Positions 1-7,678 of a DNA stretch of 64,000 nucleotides are shown in pieces. The notes under the pieces are model-generated. The model saw only the letters and a program-made list of their open reading frames with translations, had not been told where the DNA came from and did no database searches. The translations under genes were made by a program, and so were the position numbers. The stretch's first letter is position 1. Every line of letters starts with the position of its first letter. Where the stretch lies: assembly GCA_016125385.1 (NCBI GenBank), contig WGLV01000013.1, forward strand, positions 26,006 through 90,005, read 5' to 3'. Source of the DNA: a bacterium (lineage in GTDB: Bacteria > Hinthialibacterota > Hinthialibacteria > Hinthialibacterales > Hinthialibacteraceae).

Positions 1-627
1 CATAACGCTCGAACCGCCCGCCAACGTGGCGATGATAGCCGCACCGGTGGGCGTAACCATTTCATGAGTCCGACCGGTCGAGTACAGCTCAAAACCTTTA
101 AGCATCTCGCTGGCGGCGGGCGGTGGATTGGGAATGTCGCCGTGCCGGGTTCCGGTAATGATGCCTTCACCGACGTGAACCCGCCCGCAGACCACGCGCT
201 CAACGCCCAACAGGTGAACCGCCAGCATGCTTCCGCTGATATCGACGATAGCGTCGAACGAACCGACTTCGTGAAAATGAATCTGATCGAAAGGCTTGTC
301 GTGAACCTTGCCTTCCGCCCGGGCCAGCAGAGTAAACGCGTTTTCAATTCGTTCGCGCACCGCGCCCGGCCACTCAACGCGGTCGACAATCGCGAGCACG
401 TCGCCGAGTTTGCGGTGAACGTGATGCTCTTCTTCAACCGAGACGTGAACCTTTACGCCGGAGAGCGAACCGCGCCGCACCCGCTCCGAACGCAGATCGA
501 ACCCGGGAATTCGCATGCCCGACAGGCGGACGCGCAATTCATCAAGCGGGCAACCCAGATCGGTCAACGCCCCGAGGGTCATATCGCCGCTGACACCGGC
601 GTATGGATCGAAAAATAGCGTTTTCAT
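1..627 (-). CDS. larC: LarC-like (DUF111) nickel-pincer cofactor biosynthesis / nickel insertion protein. N-terminal ~208 aa only; the 3' end runs off the window start.
   Basis: Reverse-strand translation from the ATG at 627 reads MKTLFFDPYAGVSGDMTLGALTDLGCPLDEL..., matching the conserved LarC/DUF111 N-terminus (FDxxSGxSGDMxLGAL). There is no stop inside the window. The plus-strand ORF 64..618 from the track is the antisense frame. Confidence 0.65.
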   Translation of the reverse strand, partial: MKTLFFDPYAGVSGDMTLGALTDLGCPLDELRVRLSGMRIPGFDLRSERVRRGSLSGVKVHVSVEEEHHVHRKLGDVLAIVDRVEWPGAVRERIENAFTLLARAEGKVHDKPFDQIHFHEVGSFDAIVDISGSMLAVHLLGVERVVCGRVHVGEGIITGTRHGDIPNPPPAASEMLKGFELYSTGRTHEMVTPTGAAIIATLAGGSSVM

Positions 628-978
628 GGCGTCTCTTACGTCCTTCCGGATGAATGCGCGCCAATGGCAATGCGGAAACTTGAACCTCAAAACCGCGCGC
701 CGTATAACTCGCCGGAACGTTTGATCTTATCGGCGAGACGAACCATCGTCCAGTGTTCACCGCGCCGAAAGGATGACCACCAGAGCGAAAGAACGTTATT
801 ATACTTTGTATGACGCCGTTGTATGGAGAGTGCTCGCTTTCATCGCGATTCGCTTTATGCTTACGATGATAATGGGGCGATCCTGGCTCCGCTTCGGGAC
901 GGTTGCGATTGACGCTTTTGCGATCAACTGATCGATTCCACTCGCTTTTCATGAATTGACGAACAAAGGATCTATGGA

Positions 979-2130
979 ATGAATTTTCAGTTTTTGACTC
1001 CCACGCGAATCATCGCTGGACAGGGTTGTTTTGAGGGACTGGGCGGCGAAGCGTCCGCTCTGAGTAAAAAAGCGTTTGTATTCTGCAGCAGCTCGATGGA
1101 GAAATTCGGCTGGCTCAAACGCGCACAGGCCAGTCTGAAAGCCGCGGGCGTCGCCTCACAAACGCTGGTGAAAACGCCCGGCGAACCAACCGTCGAGATG
1201 ACCGACGCGGCGGCCGCCGCGTTACGCGAATCGCGCGCCGAGGTGGTCATCTCCATCGGTGGGGGTTCCGTGATCGATCTCGCCAAAGCCGCCGCCGGTC
1301 TGGCGGTGAATCCCGGGAGCGTAAAAGATTATCTGGAAGGGGTGGGCAAGGGTTTGACTCCCTCCAAAACCGCGCTGCCGCATATCGCCGTTCCCGCCAC
1401 GGCGGGCGCCGGCGCCGAGGTCACCCGCAACGCGGTGATCGCCTGCCGCAAAGAACGCTTCAAAAAAAGTTTCCGCTCGCCGACGCTGTACCCTCGGCTC
1501 GCCCTGCTCGATCCGGAATTAACCGCGTCGCTCCCCCCCCGGCAAACCGCCTTCAGCGGGATGGACGCGATCACTCAATTGATCGAATCGCACTTGTGCG
1601 TGAAGTCGACTCCATTCACCGACGCGCTGGCTCTGCACGGTCTCAGCCTCGCGATGGCCTCCATCGAACGCGCATTCGACGACGGCGCCGATATGGAGGC
1701 GCGAGAAAACATGCTGATCGCCAGTACGATCAGCGGCGTTTGTCTCGCCAACGCGGGGCTCGGCATGGCGCACGGCTTCGCCTCGGGGCTGGGCGCGATG
1801 TACGACGTTCCTCACGGCAAGGTATGCGCGATCCTGTTGCCTTTCGCGTTACGCTTTAACCGGTGCGCGCGGTTTCCCCGCATGGTTGAGATCGCCCGCC
1901 GCATCGTCCCGGGCGAACGCTTGCCGGGCAACGAACAGGTCGACGCCGCCATGAAGCGGATCGACGAATTGAATAAAAAATTCGGCATCCCCAAGAACCT
2001 CGCCGAATTCAACATTCAGGACGCCGATCTCCCCGGGATCGCGGAAAAATCGATGGGGAACAGCATGTCAGGCAACCCCAGCCCGGTCACGCCATCCATC
2101 GCTCAAACGCTGCTCAAGTCGATGAAATGA
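979..2130 (+). CDS. Iron-containing (group III) alcohol dehydrogenase
   Basis: 383 aa. GGGSxxD motif (ISIGGGSVIDLAKAAA), the metal-binding His-containing GMAHGFA region, and overall Fe-ADH architecture. Confidence 0.85.
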   Translation: MNFQFLTPTRIIAGQGCFEGLGGEASALSKKAFVFCSSSMEKFGWLKRAQASLKAAGVASQTLVKTPGEPTVEMTDAAAAALRESRAEVVISIGGGSVIDLAKAAAGLAVNPGSVKDYLEGVGKGLTPSKTALPHIAVPATAGAGAEVTRNAVIACRKERFKKSFRSPTLYPRLALLDPELTASLPPRQTAFSGMDAITQLIESHLCVKSTPFTDALALHGLSLAMASIERAFDDGADMEARENMLIASTISGVCLANAGLGMAHGFASGLGAMYDVPHGKVCAILLPFALRFNRCARFPRMVEIARRIVPGERLPGNEQVDAAMKRIDELNKKFGIPKNLAEFNIQDADLPGIAEKSMGNSMSGNPSPVTPSIAQTLLKSMK

Positions 2131-3380
2131 TCGCCTCGCTCAACCGGTCCGCCCGGGCGGCGCTGTTCGCCCTGATCGTGATTCGCCCTTCGCTCGACGC
2201 GCTGACCGAATACGCGTGGCTGGGCGCATGGAAGATCAATCCCGCCGCGTTAACCGGCGGGCTGGCGGCTTTGCTCGGAGCGCTCTGGCTCATTACGCTG
2301 AAGCCCGCCGACCGCCGCCGTACAATGATGAATCAGCTCGGGCTGATATTCGCCGGATGGCTGCTTTGCCTGCTGCCCTGGGCGCTCGTTCCCATGCTCG
2401 GACACGGCGTTGAACGCGCCGCCGGATTGCGTGAATGGCTGCGCCTGTTGAGTTATCTTCCCCTGATCTGGCTGGGCGTTCATGAAGCGGCCGGGGGCCG
2501 GGCTCGCGCGCTCATCCTCGCGATCGCGGCTTCGGCGGTCGTTCCCGCGATAACGGGCGCGGCACAGGGTATTTTTCACACCAGCCCGGTGATTCAAGGG
2601 CTGCATCGAATTCGCGGAACCTTCGTTCATCCCAACCCGTTTTCTTTCTACCTGCTCACTGCGGCGGCGGCGGCGTACTGGCTGTGGCGCACGGAACGGC
2701 GCAAACGATGGGCGGCGGCGTTGGCCGCGCTGCTCGCTGTTTTACTCGCCACCTTCAGCCTGACAGGATTGGGCATGCTGGGGGTGTGGATGGCCGCCGT
2801 GGCGTGGGGCGAGGGCGGCGCGGCGCGATGGAGCGTTATCGCGCTTGGCGTGATGTTAATCGCCGGCATACTCGCCACTGATACAGGACGCACTCGCCTC
2901 GCCGGACTGACGCGCTGGGATAACCTTGATGAGATCGAACGCACTCAGCGCGTAACCGGTTCACACACATGGCGTCTGCTCAACTGGCGATATCTGATTC
3001 GGGAATGGAAGAAACAGCCGGTTTTCGGGTATGGCCTCGCCAGCATTCCCCGCGTGAATCCCAATATCAATAAACAATCCGGCGTGGGGCACGACGCCCA
3101 TAACGATTACGTGCGCTATCTGGTCGAAACCGGCGCGGTGGGTTTGACTCTCTGGCTCACGATGCTGGCTGGCGTGGGCGCCGTGCTGTATCGCGCCTGG
3201 CGTAAAGCGCGCGCGCCGGATATCCGGCGGCTCAGCCTGATCGGCCTGGCGCTGTTTTGCGCCTGGGCGGCGGGCAGCCTGAACGACAACCTCATCTCAG
3301 CCACCGCCTATCAATATCCGCTCTGGCTGATGATGGCGATGGCGGCGGGCGGCGGCGAGGAAACGACGTGCGCATCCTGA
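2127..3380 (+). CDS. O-antigen ligase family (Wzy_C/WaaL-like) polytopic membrane protein
   Basis: 417 aa with many TM segments. Signature HNDYVRYLVETGAVGLTLWL, typical of O-antigen ligase / Wzy_C proteins. Start overlaps the previous stop by 4 bp (ATGA). Confidence 0.7.
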   Translation: MIASLNRSARAALFALIVIRPSLDALTEYAWLGAWKINPAALTGGLAALLGALWLITLKPADRRRTMMNQLGLIFAGWLLCLLPWALVPMLGHGVERAAGLREWLRLLSYLPLIWLGVHEAAGGRARALILAIAASAVVPAITGAAQGIFHTSPVIQGLHRIRGTFVHPNPFSFYLLTAAAAAYWLWRTERRKRWAAALAALLAVLLATFSLTGLGMLGVWMAAVAWGEGGAARWSVIALGVMLIAGILATDTGRTRLAGLTRWDNLDEIERTQRVTGSHTWRLLNWRYLIREWKKQPVFGYGLASIPRVNPNINKQSGVGHDAHNDYVRYLVETGAVGLTLWLTMLAGVGAVLYRAWRKARAPDIRRLSLIGLALFCAWAAGSLNDNLISATAYQYPLWLMMAMAAGGGEETTCAS

Positions 3381-4543
3381 TCGTTCACCCATTCGATCCG
3401 TGGGGAGAGAAAACCGGCGGAATCGAAAACCTGACGCGCCTTCTGATCGCCCACGCGCCGGACGACGTATCGATCTCGGCCGCCGGCGTCAGCGAAGATC
3501 CCGCGCGCCCGCCTGAACGCTGGCATTCATTGCAATATGAAAACACGCCCGTCGAATTTTTCCCCCTGTTGTACGAAAACGATCCTAACCTGCGCAAAAC
3601 GATTCCTCTGTTTTTGCGATTCGCCTTTGCGTTGTGGCGTACGCCAATTGAGATGGATGACGCGGTTTGCCTGGTTCATCGCGTTGAGCCGCTGGCGGCG
3701 GCGCGCATTGTTTCCACACGCAACGCCCTCTGTTTTCATTCCGACCCGCGTGAAATAATCAGCCCCTCATCAGAAGTGAAATGGAAACACCTGCCCTGGC
3801 TGTATCGAGCGGTGGAAGCCCGCGCCGTGCGCAAAGCGGCCAGGCTGCTTTGCGTCAACGCCAGCACCGTTGATGAGCTCGCGCGGCGGTATCCTTCCGC
3901 GCCGCGCGCCACCCTGCTTCCGACCTCGTATCGTAATGATGTCTTTCATCGCGCTTCGCGAGAAAAACGCCAGGCGCAACGGGAACATTTCGCAAAAGAA
4001 TACGGTCTCGACGAATCGGCTCGATGGATTGTTTTCGCCGCGCGGCTTGAACGGCAGAAACACCCCGAACTTGCGTTACGGACGCTGGCGGAAACGGCGC
4101 GGCAAGAGCACGTTAACATGCTGGTAATTGGAGAGGGCGGTCTGCGAAGAGAATGTGAGCGTCTCGCCCGGGAACTGGGTCTGAAGGGCTCGGCGCGGTT
4201 CGCCGGACGGCTCGCTCCCGGCGCGTTAGCAAACGCCATGCGCGCGTCGGACCTGTTCTTGATGACATCGCGCTTTGAAGGATTGCCTCTCGCCGCGCTG
4301 GAGGCGTTGGCCTGCGGCTTGCCCGTGGTCAGCACATCCGTGGGTGAGATGGAACACGTGATCCAACCCGGAGTAAACGGCGAACTCGCCGAGGCGAACG
4401 CGGAGGCGCTGGCTAACGCGGCGCTCACCGTTTTGCGCTCTCCTGATCGCTACCCGCCGGAAGTTTGCGCGCGAAGCGCGGCGCCATACCAGCCGGAAAC
4501 CGTCGTCCAGCAATGGTATGACGCCCTGCGCGAACTCGCGTGA
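3368..4543 (+). CDS. Glycosyltransferase family 4 (GT-B, group 1)
   Basis: C-terminal EGLPLAALEALACGLPVVSTSVGEM motif (EX7E region of GT4). Track ORF starts at 3257 inside the upstream gene. A GTG at 3368 (VRILIVHPFDPWGEKTGG) is a more plausible start; the exact start is uncertain. Confidence 0.75.
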   Translation: MRILIVHPFDPWGEKTGGIENLTRLLIAHAPDDVSISAAGVSEDPARPPERWHSLQYENTPVEFFPLLYENDPNLRKTIPLFLRFAFALWRTPIEMDDAVCLVHRVEPLAAARIVSTRNALCFHSDPREIISPSSEVKWKHLPWLYRAVEARAVRKAARLLCVNASTVDELARRYPSAPRATLLPTSYRNDVFHRASREKRQAQREHFAKEYGLDESARWIVFAARLERQKHPELALRTLAETARQEHVNMLVIGEGGLRRECERLARELGLKGSARFAGRLAPGALANAMRASDLFLMTSRFEGLPLAALEALACGLPVVSTSVGEMEHVIQPGVNGELAEANAEALANAALTVLRSPDRYPPEVCARSAAPYQPETVVQQWYDALRELA

Positions 4544-4555
4544 TTCATACAGCCG

Positions 4556-5137
4556 CTACAATTCGATTTTCGTTCCCAAAACTTTTAAAAATTCCGCCAG
4601 CCACTTGGGGTGCGCGGGCCAGGCGGGCGCGGTCACCAGGTTGCCGTCCACGTGCGCGTCGGTGACAGGTATATCGACGTACTTTCCGCCGCAGGCGTCG
4701 ACATCGGGTCCGACGGCTGGGTACGCGGTGCAAGTCTTCCCTTTCAGCGTTCCCGCCGCGGCCATCAGTTGCATCGCATGGCAGATGGCGGCGATGGGTT
4801 TATCCGCGCTGGCGAAATGCCGCACAATCTCGATCACCCGTTTGTTCAGACGAATATACTCGGGCGCTCGGCCTCCCGGCAGGCACAGCGCATCGTAACT
4901 TTCCGGCTCGATCAAGGCGAAATCGGCGTTCAGCGCGAAATTGTGTCCGGGCTTTTCGCTGTACGTCTGGTCGCCTTCAAAATCATGCACGGCGGTACGC
5001 ACCGTATCGCCCGCTTTTTTGTCGGGGCAGACGGCGTGAACGGTATGCCCCACCATCTGCAACGCCTGAAAGGGAACCATGACCTCGTAATCTTCCACGA
5101 AATCGCCCACAATCATCAGTATTTTTTTGGCTGGCAT
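4556..5137 (-). CDS. DJ-1/PfpI family protein (intracellular protease/amidase type)
   Basis: 193 aa. Nucleophile-elbow Cys in the [15 protein letters not shown] context, and class I glutamine-amidotransferase-like fold typical of the PfpI/YhbO subfamily. Confidence 0.8.
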   Translation of the reverse strand: MPAKKILMIVGDFVEDYEVMVPFQALQMVGHTVHAVCPDKKAGDTVRTAVHDFEGDQTYSEKPGHNFALNADFALIEPESYDALCLPGGRAPEYIRLNKRVIEIVRHFASADKPIAAICHAMQLMAAAGTLKGKTCTAYPAVGPDVDACGGKYVDIPVTDAHVDGNLVTAPAWPAHPKWLAEFLKVLGTKIEL

Positions 5138-5302
5138 ATCAGTCTCCTCAATCGATTTTCATGAACAGAATGACTTTCTCTCATAGTATACCGCTTGCGA
5201 TTTGCTGATCCGAAGCGGCCCCTCCACGATTAATCCGGCTGATTTGCGGCGCACTTCTCATCAGAGAAGAAAGTCGATTCGTTTTTTAAAAAGGAGATCA
5301 GC

Positions 5303-5560
5303 ATGCTTGAGAGCGCATGGAACTCGTTGAACAACAGAAAGACCAACATCGGCGCGGGGCTTTTGCTGGCGGCGGTGGTCATGCAGAACGTGGCGGGCAT
5401 CTGGACGGGAGCGAACGCCCCTGAATGGATTCCCAAGGCGGTTGAAACGATGAACTTCATCGGAAGCCTGATGGCGGGGGTTGGCCTGGGCCACAAGGGA
5501 GTAAAGGCGTTGAAAGGCGAGACCGCCAAAAATCCGGCGGCTACTTCAACGCCTCAATAA
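5303..5560 (+). CDS. Small hypothetical membrane protein (85 aa)
   Basis: Strong Shine-Dalgarno AAAGGAG 7 nt upstream of the ATG. One or two predicted TM helices (GAGLLLAAVVMQNVAGIW; FIGSLMAGVGLG). Its 3' end overlaps the convergent fliN-like gene by ~20 bp. Confidence 0.45.
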   Translation: MLESAWNSLNNRKTNIGAGLLLAAVVMQNVAGIWTGANAPEWIPKAVETMNFIGSLMAGVGLGHKGVKALKGETAKNPAATSTPQ

Positions 5561-6092
5561 TTTCAGTAACGCTGAGAATATCGGTTACGCGAACGCCGAA
5601 GTTTTCACCGATGACGATCATTTCACCCTTGGCGAAGCCACGCGCGTTCACCAAAAGGTCGACGGGCTCACCGTTCAGCTTGTTGAGTTCCAACACCGAA
5701 CCCGAGCCCATCTCCAGAATGTCGCGGACGGTTTTCCGGGTTTTGCCAAGCTCAACGCGAATCTCAAGGTCAAGGTTGAGAATCACGTCGAGGTTGGTGG
5801 TCTCCATCGCCGGTTCTTCTTCGTCAAACGGCACGAAGACGGCGGGCTGAACCTGAACCGAGCGATCCAGTTTGGCTGATCGCTGATGTTTGGTTTTTGA
5901 TTCGCCGCCCCCCTGCATCTGATCGAAGCTGGGCATGGAAGCGGAGGCGGAGGCGGATGAATAGGAAGGTTTTTTAGGCGCGGGACGCGGGGCTTCTTCC
6001 GCCACGTCGTCCTGCGCCTGATCGGCCAGACCCGACTTAAGCAGAAGATCGATTTCTTCTTGTGAAAGCAGATCGCTCATACCCGTCCTCAA
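5541..6092 (-). CDS. fliN: Flagellar motor switch protein FliN/FliY-type (SpoA domain) with an N-terminal CheY-binding peptide
   Basis: 183 aa. N-terminal LSQEEIDLLL (the FliM/FliY CheY-P binding motif), then an acidic/Ser-rich linker. The C-terminal block TTNLDVILNLDLEIRVELGKTRKTVRDILEMGSGSVLELNKLNGEPVDLLVNARGFAKGEMIVIGENFGVRVTDI is a clear FliN (SpoA) domain. Confidence 0.75.
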   Translation of the reverse strand: MRTGMSDLLSQEEIDLLLKSGLADQAQDDVAEEAPRPAPKKPSYSSASASASMPSFDQMQGGGESKTKHQRSAKLDRSVQVQPAVFVPFDEEEPAMETTNLDVILNLDLEIRVELGKTRKTVRDILEMGSGSVLELNKLNGEPVDLLVNARGFAKGEMIVIGENFGVRVTDILSVTEIIEALK

Positions 6093-6214
6093 CCATCAAA
6101 CTCAATGAATTCTGACCGCATCATAGCACAAAATCAACTTTTTTCATTCCACGAAAAGACATGCGGACGCGAGCGCCATCGTTCACGCCTGTTGAAACGA
6201 ACCCTCGCGCACGC

Positions 6215-7306
6215 TTACAGATTCAGTTTTTTCTTTAATTTTTTATACACCGTGTAGGCGTATTCAAACACGGCCTCGGCGTGGGCGTTCCATTCAAAAT
6301 AGTGTTCTTTGACGCCTTCCGGCGAGATGAGCGAACGCCCCAGCGAGTCATCGCTTCCATGAAACGGAAGCAACTCCTCCACGATGCCGATAAACTGAAC
6401 TCCATACCCCACCGGATACGGATAAGGGCAGTTGGGCGGCTCCGGCCCCGTATGCTCAATGCGAATAATGCCCAGCATCTTCACGTGAGATAGCGATACG
6501 CCGATCTGGCGGGACGCCTCACGCCGGAAGGTATCTTCGGGCGATTCGCCGATATCGATCCGGCCGCCGATAATCTCCCAACCCCGGCCAGGAATGTTGG
6601 CGAGCACCAGTTTATCGCCATGAAAGACGAACCCGCCCGAGATACAGGTCAGATCGGGCGGCGGCAGATGTTCGGTGGGTTCAAAAAAGATTTTGCTGCC
6701 GCTGCCCCACGTCGTTTCAGGAAAGCGCGGTTTCTCGGTTTCGCGAGAAGGATGTTTTGGGCCTGCGGGTCTGATTTTGATCGAGGGCCTCACTACCTTT
6801 TTAGTCGAGGCCTTCACCGCCGCAGGGCTTTTCTTCACGGTTTTAACGGGAGACTTTGCGGCCGGCTTTGGCGATTTTTTCGTCTCGGGCTTTCGTACAT
6901 CCTTGACCTTCGTCTTTTTTACGGGCGAAGGTTTGGACGTTTTTTTCTGATTCGAAACGGCTTTAGGAACAGCACCCTTTTTGGTTACCGGCGTTTTCGA
7001 CGGCGATTTGGGGGCCGCTTTTTTTGAGGTGGCTTTTTGCGCCGCCGGATTGCTTTTCGCGGATTTTTTTACGGAGCCGGTTTTCGCCATTTTTGCGGGC
7101 TTGTTTTTTGGAGCGGCGCTCTTTTTCAGCGTGGATTTACTGGCGGATGCACGGGTGTTCGCCGCTTTCGCCCGGGTTTGATCAGCTTTTTTAGGGGTGG
7201 AGGTTGTTTTTTTCGCTTTCGCCTTGTTTTTTTGCGCGGCTCTGGACGCGGCGGAAGTCGACTGACTCTTTTTATTCGCTGATTTCTTTGAGTTTGCGGC
7301 CGCCAT
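6215..7306 (-). CDS. Fusion protein: histone-H1/AlgP-like Lys/Ala/Pro-rich N-terminal tail (~200 aa) + C-terminal Nudix hydrolase domain
   Basis: The N-terminal half is low-complexity KKxAxKxxxK repeats (AKAKKTTSTPKKADQTRAKAANT...). The C-terminal part carries a recognisable Nudix box GGRIDIGESPEDTFRREASRQIGV (G-x5-E-x7-RE...G), partially degenerate at the Glu-Glu positions. Confidence 0.65.
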   Translation of the reverse strand: MAAANSKKSANKKSQSTSAASRAAQKNKAKAKKTTSTPKKADQTRAKAANTRASASKSTLKKSAAPKNKPAKMAKTGSVKKSAKSNPAAQKATSKKAAPKSPSKTPVTKKGAVPKAVSNQKKTSKPSPVKKTKVKDVRKPETKKSPKPAAKSPVKTVKKSPAAVKASTKKVVRPSIKIRPAGPKHPSRETEKPRFPETTWGSGSKIFFEPTEHLPPPDLTCISGGFVFHGDKLVLANIPGRGWEIIGGRIDIGESPEDTFRREASRQIGVSLSHVKMLGIIRIEHTGPEPPNCPYPYPVGYGVQFIGIVEELLPFHGSDDSLGRSLISPEGVKEHYFEWNAHAEAVFEYAYTVYKKLKKKLNL

Positions 7307-7678
7307 GTTCTAATCCTTACTTGGATTGCCGCCCCGAGAGCACGTTTTCGAGCCACCCATTCCGAGCTCGCAGCGGAGAAAATTCATCCGATATTTACAT
7401 CATGGGCAGAATGCTTACGCCACAAATTATATTCGATTTTACTTTTGGGATGCAATACGGCAACCAAAAAGACCTCATTCTTTTTTTATTTATTAATACA
7501 AGCAAATTATTTGACAACGACATAAAATCATATTTTTATTACACTTACATAATTTTCCACTTATCCGAGACCCTGATGCAAATTAAACAAAAATGTCCTG
7601 AAAATCGCGAAAAATCGATTCAATCCACAAAATTAAGCCATTTCATGGCGTAAATTATGGCGGCTCAGAGTATTCAGA

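Noticed and set aside
64-618. 184-aa plus-strand ORF in the track
   Set aside because: It lies entirely antisense to the LarC-like gene, whose reverse-strand translation shows a conserved LarC N-terminus. It has no recognisable motifs and is a typical high-GC antisense artefact.
6620-7282. Several plus-strand ORFs (135, 91, 66 and 81 aa) rich in Phe/Gly/Arg
   Set aside because: These are antisense readings of the Lys/Ala-rich low-complexity coding region of the H1-Nudix gene. The codon bias (AAA/GCC repeats) generates long open antisense frames.
7204-7653. 149-aa ORF spanning the AT-rich divergent promoter region
   Set aside because: It overlaps the start of the minus-strand gene and the AT-rich intergenic island, has low-complexity composition and no SD. 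It is likely non-coding promoter DNA.
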